Shown here one piece after another: positions 1-14,021 of a stretch of DNA of 64,000 nucleotides (the stretch's first letter is position 1; every line of letters starts with the position of its first letter). The notes under the pieces were generated by a model. It did not search any database, had not been told where the DNA came from, and saw only the letters and a program-made list of their open reading frames with translations. The translations under genes were made by a program, and so were the position numbers. This DNA comes from Eledone cirrhosa (lineage: Eukaryota), in the NCBI GenBank assembly GCA_964016885.1, contig OZ024743.1, forward strand, positions 286,502,001 to 286,566,000, in the 5' to 3' direction.

Positions 1-1905
1 CTGATCAACTTGGATCAGTCTAAGGCTTTCGATAGGGTTGACCATCGTTACCTGGATGCGGTGCTCGAGGCGGCAGGCTTCGGACCCGTGTTCAGGGGCT
101 GGATTGCTGCAATGCACAACAGCAACATCTGCTCAAGGGTCAAGGTGAACGTTCCATATCACGCGATCCATTCGACAGGTATGCCCTCTCTCCTCCCTTC
201 TGTACGTACTGACTCTCGAGCCACTACTGTGGAAGTTGGAGCTATTTCAGGGCATCCCTCTGGAACCGGGACTGCGGAAAGAAAGCGGCGTCGGCCTACG
301 CCCACGACGTGATAGTAGTGGTGTCGAGCACCTCGCAAATCGAGGAAGTTGGCACCTTACTGAAGGAATACGAAAGTTTCACAGGAGCGAAGCTGAACCG
401 GGACAAGTCTATCGGTTTGCAACTCGGATCGTGGAGAGGTAAACCGATGCCTTCCGATGACGTCGTCGGACGCTGGACGGAAGAACCGGTAAAGCTGCTC
501 GGGGTCTGGTTTGGTCCGGACCTCCAGGTGGAGAAGAACTGGAACGAAGTGACGGCCAAGGTGTTTGCACTCACCCAGAAGTGGGCCGAGTGCAAACTAT
601 CCTTGAAAAGTCGAGCGGAGGTGGCGAACACTTTTATAGCGTCCGTCATCTACTACCGCTTGACCGTCGTGCCTTGTCCAGCCAAAACGCTCACCAAAAA
701 TGGAGCGCGTGCTCTTCCAATTCCTTTGGAGGAAGCGGGCTCCTTTGGTGAGAAGATCCATCTGCTCTCAACACCTTTCCAACGGAGGGCTGGGGATGCC
801 GTGGCTGACGATGCGCAAACACGCGCTCAGGCTGCGGCATCTCTACGTATTCCTCACCGGACAACCGGTGTGGGCCCCGTTCGTGAGGCGAGCCTTCCCA
901 CGACTCGTCTCGCTGACCGAGCTGCAGTCCTGGGTCAAGCAAAGACCGAGGAAAATGGGCGACTGGCACATCGAATGTGCTCAGGTGCTCACAGCCCTCT
1001 GGCAGGCGGACCCGGCGATCAGTGGAGACTCCACTTCGTCATTCTATAGAGGATTGATCTGCAGCAAATGCGACGACGCTCTAGACGTAGAGGAAGACGA
1101 ACTGGCCAGTCTGTTCGGTAGGACCTTTCGCCCGGGACCGATGGACAACTTCCAAAAGTCCCTGGCCTGGCAATGCTACCGAGGAGCTTTACCAGTTCGA
1201 GACAAGCTCTACAGACATGGGCGCCCGGGAAGGGACCCTTCGAAAAAGATCTGACCGAGATGTGTGCGAGACGAAGAAACCGTCGCGCACGCATTCATAC
1301 ACTTCCCGGGCGTTACCGACCTGTGGGGCTATGTAGAAAGACTATTGTCGTGGGTGGGACCAAGCTGGTTGACCACCGAGTCCATTGTCATGATCAAACC
1401 GCCACCCTCCTTCAAAAACGAAGGAGAGGCGGTTTTCCTTTGTGTGATAGCTATGGCGAAAGAGGTTGTATGGTGGACAAGGTTAAAAGGGCTGAGGTCA
1501 GACACCTTTCTCTCCGGCCAACAACTGATTCTTTTTTCAAATACCACTTTGGAAGAAGAATCAGGATGGAGAGAGAGGTGCTGTACCCCAACAAGTTTTA
1601 TGAAAGGTGGGTGACAGTGTCGAGAATGGCCCTGGTGAATGGGCCTTCTCTCTATATCAGCCTGTAGGTTGAGGAAAAAGAGGAAGAGAGGAAAGGGGTA
1701 CAAACTCTTCGTACTCCTGGAGATAAGGGCTGCACATTTTTTCGGGGGTATGTGTTACCCATATGAAATGTCTCCCCCTATTGGGGAAAATCGATTAACT
1801 TTTAAATTGCATTTGTGATAATATTTTACACGTTTTTATTGTATGTAAACTTCCCCCTTTGTATTTGTCCCCTTCTTGTGTGCCCCTGTGGCTAATAAAG
1901 AAACA
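1..1905 (+). mobile_element. 3' part of a Tx1/L1-like non-LTR retrotransposon (frameshifted RT and C-terminal region, 3' UTR)
   Basis: DQSKAFDRVDH RT motif at the start; later frames give LNRDKSIG, KLLGVWFG, GGLGMP, LPVRDKLYR and a C..EET..HAF zinc-knuckle-like region across several frameshifts; AATAAA at 1894-1899 followed by TA repeat. Confidence 0.85.
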
Positions 1906-2289
1906 TATATATATTATAATAAAACAACTAGTAGTGTTTCAGTATCAAAATTATTTGCAATAAGCCTATAAACTATTAGGTCGTTGGAAACAACTCAGGG
2001 TGTTCTATTAAATGCAGTTAATTTTTCAAAACTATAATAGTCACAGAAAGAGTTGAACAGACGCTGTCAATTTTATAATTCTTCCTTTGCTGTAAGCCGA
2101 ATGACTGCAAGGCATCAGCAGATGAACTAAGTAATTTGAGCGTTAAGTGTTCTTACTATTAACATTGAGTCCTCTTTTGTTGGTATACGGGAGATCCGTA
2201 TCAAAGGTTGCAAGAGACGTTCAGATTAATAAAAAAAAAAAAGAAAAGAAAAGAATTGTTTGTCATGCTTTTGGAACCTTGTCATTACA

Positions 2290-2465
2290 GGTACAGTCCA
2301 TCTGATGGGCTTCCAAATAGTTTCATTCTACCTAATCTCACTCACACTGTATGGGTTGATCCAAGACTATAGCAAATGACATGCATAAGATTCCACGTGG
2401 TGGATTCGAATCTGGAACCTAATGATTGCGAAGCGTACATCTAAATCATTCCGCCATGCTGCGTT
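2290..2465 (-). mobile_element. Degenerate tRNA-derived SINE
   Basis: Minus strand reads ...gcatggcggaatgatttagatg...aggttccagattcgaatccacc, resembling A/B boxes. Confidence 0.45.
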
Positions 2466-3169
2466 CTTAGAAAACGAAAGGGAAATATACAACAAATCAG
2501 TGGAAAGTTTATATTTATTTATTTATTTATTTATTCATTTATTTATTTATTACAGTGCTTACTGTAGAAAATCTGGCAATATAATCACCGCGTTGAAACG
2601 TCATAAGAAAATGCTTGAGAAAAAGCCAGGTGAATTGAAGATATAGAGCAAAATGTAAACTAATTCAAAAACGAGGCAGAGGAAAGACGTTAGTAAGCAA
2701 ATTATTAAGTCCATCAAGAATGTTATCTTTCTCCAAAGAGCTGTTTGGTTATTCTATATTACGAATTCCTGTAACCTTTACTTGTTACTAGTTAGATTTG
2801 TATAACATTCGGATTCAAAATAGCATTGCAGAAATAATTGTTTAGATTTTCGTGCCACATTTGAAACAGCATATTATTTCTGTGTTAGAAATGTTATCCT
2901 AACTGTAGGTCTAGATTAACCAGGTAGCAATATAGCGTATTCTATGGCCCCCAAATTTCAAGGTCCCTGCGCCAAATGTTTGCAAACTATTAATTCCAAT
3001 TCAGTGATTCTCCACACGCCCTATTTACTGTATTACCGTCAATTTTTATGAATGACTGGGTGTTTAATCCTTTTGATGCCAAACCGCAAGAAACCGTCTT
3101 TGGCTTTATAATACAAAGTTGTTATTTTAAAGGGTTTATATTTACCTAAACACCTTCCATTATAACTTT

Positions 3170-3733
3170 GGTGGATTGGCAGTATCGGTAGAGGGTCGGA
3201 CGCCATGCTTTCCAGCATAGTTACGTCCCTTTATGATCTGAGTTCAAATCCCGCCGAGATTGACTTTGCCTTTCATCCTTACGGGGTTGATAAAATAAAG
3301 TACCAGTAATGCACTGGGTAATTGCTGGCCTTGTGCCTAAAGTAGAAACAATTATAACTTGGCAGTATCGGTAGAGGGTCGGACGCCATGCTTTGACGCA
3401 TAGAGTTACGTACCTTGCCATTCTGAGTTCAAATCCCGCCGAGGTTAACTTTGCCTTTCATCCTTACGGGGTCGATAAAATAAAGTACCAGTAATACACT
3501 GGGTAATTGCTGGCCTTGTGCCAAAAGTAGAAACAATTATAACTTTAAGGGCGATGAATTGGCAATATCGGTAGAGGGTCGGACGCCATGCTTTCCAGCA
3601 TACTTAAGTCCCTTTACGGTCTGAGTTCAAATCACGTTGAGGTTAACTTTGCCTTTCATCCTTACGGGGTCGATAAAATAAAGTACCAGTAATTCACTGG
3701 GTAATCGCTGGCCTTGTGCCAAAAGTAAGAACA
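3170..3733 (+). mobile_element. Three head-to-tail copies of a ~180-bp tRNA-derived SINE
   Basis: Each copy has tggcagtatcggtagag (A-box-like), gagttcaaatcc/a (B-box-like) and the core aactttgcctttcatccttacggggtcgataaaataaagtaccagt; copies at about 3170-3350, 3361-3535, 3547-3733. Confidence 0.9.
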
Positions 3734-4439
3734 ATTATAACTTTATGTAAGAATCTTTATTAAGCTATGCTCCCAAACACCACCTTAATAATAAATAAAA
3801 GTTACTTATATTACGAAGTCTCTCCAAATTTTTTGAAAATCATAGGCAGTCTTTCATTAAAAATATGATAAGGAAAGATTGATCAAATACTCGGTAACGT
3901 TTATGATCCAATACACTTTAAATTAAACAAATTACAATCACCAAATAGTATGACAACGGCAGACTTTGTTTTTGTCGGATGGTAATTTATAGATTTGCTA
4001 TTAACTACTGTCTATTTTGATACATGGGTTGAATCAACGAGATTATTACTAATATATTACAAACATCATAATGTTAACAATCTTCACCGAAACAAATAAA
4101 GATTTATAAATAGGTAAGAAACATTTATGTATAGTTACTACTTTAATGTTAAGCTGCTAAACAAAGCTATAACTCAAATAGCAAATTTAAATTAATTTAT
4201 TCAGCTTTTCAACGTTAGACCGAACATAAAGACCAACATTATTTTCGGTTATTATGTCAAAAGAAAATATTTAACTTGTGCGTTTTAGTTGCTTAAGTAA
4301 CAACGCTTATATTAACAAATTTACAAAGGCATCTCTGTCCCCCAGTATACAAATGTCCAACGCAACTGGGACGACATTAAATGCAGGTCTTCTTTTAGGC
4401 GGATCGAGTCTAGCTTGTACCAACACTGCCTCGCCTGCC

Positions 4440-5000
4440 TTCGCTCCGCTTCACAGCCAAACAGCAGAGCGTGACTCAATTCTGAGCCCTCCTCATCAAC
4501 CGCTACCCTTCTTGATGACGAATGCACTCGCATCGGAGTGGCCCAACGCCTCGGCCTCCGCGTATATGAGCCACATAAATGCCATTGCGGAGCGGACGTT
4601 GACAAGTTCAGACTGCACCCACTGTCTTGCCGCCAGAGCGCATGCCGGTTTCCCCGACATGCCGCTCTCAATGAGAAATATAGAGAAGGAGTCTGGACGC
4701 AGCTGGCTTCCCATTACAACTGGAGCCAGCGGGCCTTGACCGCGGCGCCCCAATGGAATTACCCTCTTCCCATTCGAAGGAGGTAGATCCCTCATCTGGG
4801 ACGCTACATCTTGTGACACGTTTTCGTACCGGTCGCCGTCGAGATCTCAGGCGTACATGGACCCCGTACTGCCGAGCTCCTCCGTAAGATCGGGACGTCG
4901 GCAGCCCGTCTGAGGAAGGAGCCCCGCGAGGTTGAGTGGCTGTTGCAGTGGGTGTCGCTGGCCATTGTCCGAGAGAAAGATTTTGCGGTCCTGTCAGCGG
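4440..5000 (+). mobile_element. C-terminal fragment of a CRE-like (restriction-like endonuclease) non-LTR retrotransposon
   Basis: CHCGADVDKFRLHPLSC zinc knuckle plus RHAALN, then RPNGITLFPFEGGRSLIWDAT, FVPVAVEISG and QWVSLAIVR in shifted frames; GC-rich island. Confidence 0.7.
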
Positions 5001-5671
5001 GGCGCAACCCCATTACCGCCGCGCCCTAGGCCCAGAGCCCAATCACCCACCCCCCACCCCCCATTCTTCTGTGACACTAGAAATCTTGCTTTCCCTTCCT
5101 TTTCCGTTTTTTTTTTTTGTACTTTCTAATTTTACATTCCATTCTTTCTTCTCAGTTTATCGTTTTTGCATTTAAATTTGATTTAAAACGAAATCGGAAT
5201 CCGCAGTCTTTCAAATATGCAGTTGGATTCATAAAAACAATTGCCCCCAAAATTGTGTAATACTCATAGACTTGCGACATTTCCCAGTTCGGAAAGTTAC
5301 ACAAAAGATTTAATGCTCGCATTTAGTCAGCTAATCAAAATAATATCTTTAATTCAACGCCTTTTAAAGTTCGTCTCCTGAGCTAATATAAATACTTCAT
5401 AAGTGCAGTCATTACACACCTCTTTTTGTATAATGTAGGATAAGTTAAATGTGTTCGCATGTGTCTTATTCTTATACCTAAAACCTTCTTGGTACTGCAC
5501 ATATAAGTACTACGTTATGTGCCATTAACACAGACTGGAAAACAAGCTGTGCAATCAATTAACTTGATCGTCTTAATTCTGAATGTGCACTGAAGACTTT
5601 TTATTTTGTTTTTTGTTGCCACTGTCACTTATCTGATTTTTGTATCAAAATGAGACCTGACTTTATTTTCA

Positions 5672-5712
5672 GCAATCCTGATGACAGGCTGCGTTCTGAA
5701 AGTGCTACATTA
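5672..5712 (+). ncRNA. Degenerate minimal hammerhead-like motif
   Basis: CTGATGA(5678)-cAGG ctgcgt TCT-GAAA-GTGC-TA; weak stem II, stem I mismatched at its first pair. Confidence 0.3.
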
Positions 5713-6049
5713 TGGACACATTACGCCATATAATAGCTTTTTGTCGCTACGGTTCACATGTTTGTTTATAAACATACACTATTTGCTTTTAAATGCATTT
5801 TTCATTCAGATTCTTTTCCATTGTAGCGAGCAATGAGTAGCTGCGCCTAATATTTTTTTGAATTTGTTCAAAACCTGAATTTAATATTAAGAAAGAAGTC
5901 TGATAAAGTTGTGTATTATCGTCACGCCTATCTAACTTATCCAATGAGAATATCTTCAGAGAAGTAGAAGACAAGCCTGAAGTGTTAATGGAATGTATGA
6001 ACATCCACAATCTTAAATAAGCAGAACTGCATGAACTTTCAATAGTGGT

Positions 6050-6720
6050 CGCTGCACGATCCAATGGTTAAGAAGTTCACTCCACAATCATTAGGTCCTG
6101 TTGAAAACTGGCCAATCCACAGCGATGCGATACTGCACAGCAACCATTCCATTGTTGCTTGGTGATAGCTTGTGACCGAGATATACAAACTCCGTAACTT
6201 GAGCAATTTGCTGGTTGTAGATTGTGAGTTGGAGATTGACATTGTTTTTATTAGTTGCTATACATTTCATTTTGGAGATGTTGTGTAAGCCAATCTCTAG
6301 TGCATGTTTGGCCAGTATATTCAGAAAGTTTTGCAGATCAGTTCTAGAGTAACTCATGATAGCCAGATCGTCTGCATAGCTAAGATTTGATAGGATTTGA
6401 CCTCCTATTTGATAGCCAGAGGAGCATTCTTCTTCAGTTTGGTAGATAAGTGCAGCTATAACGATACAGGTATACAGAAAAGCTTTTGTGAAGTCAATGA
6501 AGGTGATATGCACAGGGTTGTTGAATTCTATTGATTTCTCAATGATTTGTTCAATAGCTAGAATCTGCTGAATGATACCTCTTCCAGGTTCATACGCAGC
6601 TTGTGTTTCAGGAAATGAGGCGTAAAGGCCTGACTTCACTCGTGCTGCAATGATACATGAAAAGCTTGTAAATATGACTCAGTAGGCTGATAGGACGATA
6701 ATTCCCACAATCAAGTCTGC
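6050..6720 (-). mobile_element. Internally deleted RTE-like reverse transcriptase fragment
   Basis: NYRPISLLSHIYKL, QAAYEPGRG, FIDFTKAF, LSYADDL, FVYLG motifs; the segment between KAF and YADD is much shorter than normal. Confidence 0.8.
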
Positions 6721-7181
6721 TACAGCCCGGCGGAGCCCTTTTTAAAGTGGTAAGATATAGATTAGGGGAAATTTGGCTGCTAAATCAAGGACGCCGGGTG
6801 ACCCCATAGAGACACTCAGATCTAGAATAAAGAAATAGCAAAACATGTAATGTGTGCCAGCAAGTACACTGCAATAGTCCCCAAACATATATGGTTCTTT
6901 TAACTCTTAATTCAAAGCAACACTTACCAGAGTACATTTGAATAGAATGAATATTTTATAGACAGACATCCGTAAATCTAGGAAAAGTTCTAAGAAATTA
7001 TTCTAGGAGAATAGAAAATCTTTTTTCGGTCAAACATAAGCTTTTGTCTCCTTTACCTACTTAATATAACTTCTGTTTTCTTTGAAATTTAGAAGATCGT
7101 TATCATATTCAGAGGCTGTGGCACAGGGATGGTGGTGGCTTTAACAGCAGCAGTAGTTGTCATGGCAACACTGAGCTCGAG

Positions 7182-7360
7182 TGGCAGTATCGGTAGAGGA
7201 TCGGACGCCATGCTTTGAGGCATAGAGTTACGGCCCTTGCCATTCTAAGTTCAAATCCCGCCGAGGTTAACTTTGCCTTTCATCCTTACGGGGTCGATAA
7301 AGTACCAGTAATACTCTGGGATAATTGCTGGCCTTGTGCCAAAAGTAGAAACAATTATTT
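7182..7360 (+). mobile_element. tRNA-derived SINE (same family as 3170-3733)
   Basis: tggcagtatcggtagag...gttcaaatcccgccgaggttaactttgcctttcatcc...gtagaaacaattatt. Confidence 0.9.
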
Positions 7361-8586
7361 GCAGATGAAATATTTTCAGAGAGGAGATTAATTTTTTATT
7401 GCCATTGTGTCTGTTAAAAGTGTCTCATATATTTATATATATTGAATATGAGTGAATTGAAATACTTCATTTAATTGAGATTATTCGTGCAGCAAGTAGA
7501 TATAAACTAACTCTAGGAATATCTAAAAGCAACAAACAAGGGAGGTAACTTCAATGGGATCAGTCGATCGTCATTTTTGCGCAATGCCGGCAAAGTAGAT
7601 TGGAGTGGAACTTGTCTTTAGGTCAAATGGTGAAATAAATCAACAGGCGAAACACGAACGTATGTGTTTAGTATGATCGCTCCTCTGATGAACGTTCCCT
7701 CGGCGATATTGTTGATATTCATTATCCAGGTTACTATATTTCATATATTGCTTTATATATTGATCCTTTCTAAATTTTGCCAACTGAGTAGAATATAATT
7801 TGCTAAGGTCATCTAATAAGATCGAAACATGTCCGTCGCTTTCAACAATTTGTTTTAAAGACTCTCATCTGCATAGTCTATATTCTCCCAAAATTTCGAT
7901 TATTTTATTCTATTGGAGTAATTTCCTTTGCTTGTTTTGTATATATTTTAAACATCCCTGAAGAGAGATTTTGTCTGTTGACTGCATGGATAAGCTTAGT
8001 TAATCGAAGATTTTTCATTTCCTTATATTGTATATGTGAGTTCTTAGTATTTAGTATACTTAGTATGCAGAACGCTACATCCAGGTACTTACCTTCCCCA
8101 GTATTGGGTCTTTTAGTAGTCATAGATGTGAGAGTGGTCTGAGTAAAGAGGCAATCAGATCTTATTGCTAAAACAGTGAATTCTGAACACCAACTACAAT
8201 TTAATGCAACAGAAAACATTCTCTATTCATGTAAAACCTAATTTAATTGCATATTAAAGTTTATATTCAGTTGTATACATTATATCTAAACATGAAGTAC
8301 TGATAGACATAACACGAGAAAAAATCAAATGCCAGGAATTTTATATATAAACTTCCTGACATGTGTATAATATAAACGAAATATATAGTTGTCGGACGTA
8401 GTTTCTTGTTGTTTTCTTCAATTTGATACATGGTCTGAGATGTTGAGAGGAGGGGGACTACAGATGTTTTGATGTCTATGTCTTTTTCAAAGGTTTATAA
8501 GTTATAGGTCAGATTGAAATAGTTTCGACCAGAAATCGAAAACAGCTCCCCGACACGGTATACCAGGAATTAACCCCTACACTGTA

Positions 8587-8782
8587 CAAAGGTCAGCTGA
8601 TAGGTTCATAGGCTGACTATGAAGGAGTGATGCCAGAGCTGTGAAATCTTGCATGCATTAATTTCAACTCTTCTTATTAATAACTGCATTGTTTCTCCAA
8701 AGACTATGTTGAAAAATAAACCCGATTTGGTCATTCCATGAGAGTATCCTGGTCAGTCTATGAACATTTCAGCCGACCTTCG
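8587..8782. mobile_element. Mariner-type MITE
   Basis: ~31-bp imperfect TIRs (caaaggtcagctgataggttcataggctgac / gtcagtctatgaacatttcagccgaccttcg) flanked by TA on both sides. Confidence 0.75.
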
Positions 8783-9080
8783 TAGGTGTTCGCCTCATAG
8801 AAACCTTTACGCGATTGCTTAAGCTGTTAGAAATATCCAGTAAATTTCTTTTAAATCACACCCTATCGTATTAGAAAGGGAAGTATACATAGGATGATGC
8901 ATATAGTTTTCCTTTTCATTCATTTGTATACATTGATACATACACGATGAAACACACTCGTGCGCATTCATACATACGCATTATGAATACTTGCAGAAAA
9001 CCGCTGAAAGGGCAGTGCTCCTGCTAGGATTTACCGTATTTATATATATACACTATTAGCCTCAACTACAGAGTGTTTAA

Positions 9081-9270
9081 AGCGGCGAATTGGCAGAGTT
9101 GTTAGAACGTCGACTTAAATGTTTCGCGATATTCGTTCCAGCTCTCTAACTTCAAATCCCACAGAGGTCAACTTTGCCTTTCATTTCAAGTTTTTTAAGG
9201 TCGATACATAAAGTACCAATTCAGTACTGGGGTCAATTCTTTCTCTATATCTCTTCTTCTCTCTAAACTC

Positions 9271-9352
<82 letters not shown>
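9081..9352 (+). mobile_element. Older SINE copy followed by a (CT)n microsatellite
   Basis: ggcgaattggcagagttgttagaacg...ttcaaatcccacagaggtcaactttgcctttcat; (CT)n at about 9273-9351. Confidence 0.7.
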
Positions 9353-9356
<4 letters not shown>

Positions 9357-9645
9357 GAAGCAATCGGCTTTGTTCAGACCTGGAGAGGAGTGAGCTCCGG
9401 TATGTTTAAAATGCCCACAATTGTGCCCAATGACTCCCGCAAGAGTTTCGCGTCCATATACACAAAGAGTGTTTATTTTAGCTACATTATAATTGTATTA
9501 ATAACAAATCATCTCAGACATTTCTGAAACGACCAAGTTGAAACTTCGAAGTCACTACCACTTTTCTATTCACAAGTATTGAATGCTCAATCAGTTAATG
9601 TTTGAATGCTTTAAATATTATGGCATTTTAAACACACATTCCAAT

Positions 9646-9676
<31 letters not shown>

Positions 9677-11035
9677 TACGCATACACACATACATCGATC
9701 CATCCATCCATCTATACATACATACACACACACACACTCCTCACAATTTCTCTTTGAAGAAAACGAAAATAAATACATAAATTATAAAGCATATTTTTGT
9801 TTAACAATTGCAAAATTAGAGCACGAGTAAGTAGAAGTACATCTACTGCAGTTTTCTGCCGTATTCCTTTTAAATGTAGTTATTGATTGATTCAATAACG
9901 ACTTGCCAACTTACACTGTTTTCAAACATTCACTGAACTAGCCAACAACCAACCATCGAAGCACCCACGCAAATAGAATTTATTTTTAGTTCCAGTATCT
10001 ATTTTGAGGAATCGTTTGGGTATCAGAACTGTACAAATAATTTCATTTCGCAATACTCCGCCCAGCTAATTCTGATATTAACTAACATATCATGAGTATA
10101 TAGATTGCAGGTGATAACATAAAATAATCGATATTTCACTTCGACTATTTCAGCTATATTTTGGCAGACAACTACTTAAAGAATCCTCCGTTTGCTATTT
10201 GTTTCCTCGTTGATCAATTTATTTCGAGGTAACCTTCATACTGTTTCTTCAACAGTACATACAGAATCTGACCTCAATTCTTTTCATTGAATTACTTGCC
10301 AGTAATGTCGAATTTACTGATTTCTATTACTGTTCACTCACATACGCACACACCCAATATTTAATAATTATGTCTTAGATTTAATTGGTTATGTTGAAGA
10401 TGTTGAACATCACTTATTCGAATTTCACCAGCATCAAGAAAATAAAACTAAATTATCTCTACTACTCATTTTGATATCTGTAGATTACTAAAAAATTGAT
10501 TAACAATTTTCCAAAGATACCATTGCAGGCAGCTGAGAGTATAAATACATTCCTTGAAAGGAAATATATAAATTTCAAAAAAAGGAACATAAATGTTCTT
10601 TTTTATGAATAAGGATCAGTTGAATTTGTTATATTCCCACCAGGCGATACCAACTATTTTGAACATTTATACAAGAGCAACTCTGCCTATCCAAAGAGTG
10701 CTCTTATCTGAAAGAAAGTGGCAATTATATCATTTCAAAGCTTTCCAATTTTCCCTTTAATGAAACAGACAGAATAAATGTTGATATCTAACTTGATGTC
10801 CCCTCTGCTTTGTGAGCTTAGAGACCACGGAAGAGGGTTTTCATGACCACGCGGGAGGGTATATTTATTAGTAAATGGTAAAATATATACAACAAATAAG
10901 TAAGTGAATTGTAGTAGATGGTTTCCAGTCCAGTCAGACTGCAACTACAAATAAAAAAAATTGTTAAGTTTGCTTTGTAACAATAGCATATCTAAGTTTT
11001 TGGATAAATCAACTTACTTTAACTTTGACCTCATT

Positions 11036-12965
11036 TCAATGGGACCCTTGAACTTTATGGAGTCTAGCTAACTCTTTGACGTCAGGCTGGATTTTCGTAA
11101 GATTTAGCCGGAGATCTCCACATGTAATTACATTGTAGCGGTTGCGAGCCTTACTGTGCAGTCTGGAAACAGCACCAAACCTCCTCTTGACTAAGTATGA
11201 GCTTGGAAAAGGCAGAGCAAATCTCTTAGCCTCTGCATGTAGGTGTGGAAATCGAGGCTGAATTTCCTCTTGCATCCAAAAAAGGGGTTCACCTATTTTG
11301 GGAAATCTAATTTTGATCATGTCATCTGCTTGAAGTTCAATGAATTCTTCCTGAAATATAACGCCCAAATCATCGACGTTAGCTGTGAAGGGATCTGCTA
11401 CCCACATTGGGATGTCCATCAGCAAAAGGTCGACAAACCGTTCTCTCATGTTGTCTTGTAGCGCACGGAAGTGAGCGGTATAAATTTGGAGTTGGTCATC
11501 GCTTACAATGTTTTGAACATTGGCGACGCTAGGAAAATTAAAGAATTCCCGTCAACAAAGATTCCTTTCGATGACATTCAATTTGGCCAGGAATGTTTTC
11601 ACAGCATTCCTTGCTTTAAGCAAGGTGATCTTCTTCCCCTGCAAAGCCAAAATGACGCTATTGCATTTGTCGACGATGTCGGTGAAGTACGCGCAGTTTT
11701 GCCTCACATCGAGGGTTTTCTTGTACAGTTCTGTGATGCGTCCTCCCAGAAACTCAATGATAGAGTCGAACAGTTCAAAGAAGTGAGTAAGGCACTTGCC
11801 CTTTGAAAGCCACCTCACTTCATTATGAAGGAGCAACTTGACGAATTCTTCGTCATTATCTTGGCACATTTGCCGGAAAATCCGTTCATTGAGGGAATGC
11901 CGTTTGATAAAATTGATGACATCAAGGGCCACCTGCAAGGACTTGCTCAGTGGCTTGCTGAGTTTCTTCACAGCCAAGTGTTGTCGATAAATGACACAAT
12001 GAACAACAAATACAGATAGATTTTCTCTCTTCAGAAGAGTGACGAAACCCTTATGTTGGCCGACCATTGCTCTAGCTCGTCCATAGCACATGATACAATG
12101 TGTCGTATTTGGTCCTAGATGTATGTATTACCTGCCTGTGTGTTGTAGGTAGTCCTGGATGTATGTATTACCTGATTATGTGTTGTATATGGTCCTAGAT
12201 GTTTGTATTACCTGATTATGTGTTGTATGTGGTCCTAGATGTTTGTATTACCTGCTTATGTGTTGTATGTGGTCCAAAATGTATGTATTACTTGCCTGTG
12301 TGTTGTATGTGGTCCTAGATGTGTGTGCTACCTCCTTACGTGTTGCATGTGGTCCTAGATGTGTGTATTGCCTGATTATCTGTTGTATGTGGTCCTAGAT
12401 ATGTGTATTACCTGATTATGTGTTGTATGTGGTCCTAGATGTGTGTATTATCTGATTATGTGTTGTATGTGGTCCTAGATGTGTGCGCTACCCACTTCTG
12501 TGTTTTTTTTTTCTTTTTTTAATTTGTAATATTATTTATACAATAGGAAATAAAATAGATCTACATAGTGTTAACTCGTTATGGTTGAGTCAATAATTTC
12601 AGACATGAAATACATTGTTATCGGTGAAGAAAAGACAAGATTCTAACTGGCTGCGCTTGAAGTGTCATTGACCCTGTTGACTGGGTTTTTCCATTGTTAG
12701 GATCTCAATTGCCGGTTAATGTCTAAACACGCCTGCACACCTGCTCACGGCTGCGGTCAGACCATAGTTATGCTCATTCAAATGCATTCACACTGGCTGT
12801 CTCAAAGACATACAAATATGGCTTATAAAACTTACCAAAGTAAAGAGCCTTCCAGTGCACTCCAAAGCTCCAAACGCCCCCCTAATGCCCCCTTGCTCCC
12901 AAACGCCCCCCTGGAGTTCCGAAACGCCCCCTGGGGGTGCATATGCCCCCCGTTGAGAACCTTTG
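11036..12965 (-). mobile_element. hAT (Buster/Charlie-like) transposon remnant: broken transposase plus one terminus
   Basis: HCVIYRQHL, HNEVRWLSKG, LPFPSSYLV, DLRLNLTKIQP and HKVQGSH* in two frames; terminus caaaggttctcaacggggggcatatgc on the minus strand ending at 12965; other terminus not found. Confidence 0.85.
12099..12502. repeat. Minisatellite, ~10 copies of a 40-bp unit
   Basis: ggtcctagat (with variants) recurs every 40 nt from 12111 to 12471; unit tgtgttgtatgtggtcctagatgtgtgtattacctgatta. Confidence 0.95.
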
Positions 12966-13989
12966 CATTAGATCATAGGTTTATAGAAGATGAGGGAATC
13001 ATGTCGAGGGATTCATACCTTTCTCATTTTTTTCTTTTCTTTTAATTAACTAAAAGTTTACTTTTGTAGGAAATCGACTGAATTGAAACCAAATTATTAC
13101 TAATGAAATCGAAACTAAAGAATACGTTTCATGTCCGACTACCGTGGCTAAAATGCTTAACTTAGGTCTAGTTATAATAGCTACCATCTGTTTAATTGAA
13201 CCTCAGATTGAGCAGTATCTAAGAAATACAAAACATATTATTAAAGGGAAGAGAAAAGGTAGAAGAAAAAAGAAAACGGAAAGGAGAAAAAGAAAAGGTG
13301 CTTCGTGTATAAGACGAATCTGCGATTGAATAAACCCGTTTCATTTTATTTGCATTACTTAATGCCCTATGAGAAAGACATGGACATTACAACACAATAT
13401 TAGTATAGAAATATAATTACATTAATTTAAATACCATATTTCTCTAATGTTATATAGTTGATATGCTGAATGATATAGAATAAATTAACTTCAGTCGCGA
13501 TTAATGTGTATTGTAATCTCTGGAATTAAATGAATTCACTTACACTGAAGAAAAACATGAACGTCTTACGTATATTTTCCTCCTTTATGAATTTGTCACC
13601 TTGTCTAAATTAGAAATCAATATGTTTCTTAAACTAGAATAACATTTCTGTTTTCAAAGAATGAATTTTCTTTCATGCATATGGTGTTGTTAACAGTGGT
13701 TATTTACTTGGTTCCATAATCGTGTTCAACCTGAGAGAATCGATTGAATTAAAACCGAATTATTACACATGAAATTACAACTGGATTGCAATATCTACTT
13801 TTCCAATTTCGGTTCATAGAAACACTTATGTTGTATTAATTTAAAATCTCAAATAGTGAAAAGAAAAGAAAATATTTGGAAGTTAAATCCAATATGTTAT
13901 ATTTGATTTGTTTCATATATAAATAATTCCTTGGGTTTGAACAGATAAGCAGTGTTATATGTCAGCTATTTAAAAATATTCTGAGCAGG

Positions 13990-14021
<32 letters not shown>

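Noticed and set aside
4278-4819. Alternative-frame and antisense ORFs in the GC-rich island
   Set aside because: By-products of the CRE-like retroelement fragment
12099-12502. CRISPR-like periodic array
   Set aside because: The whole 40-bp unit repeats with no unique spacers; eukaryotic context and no cas genes
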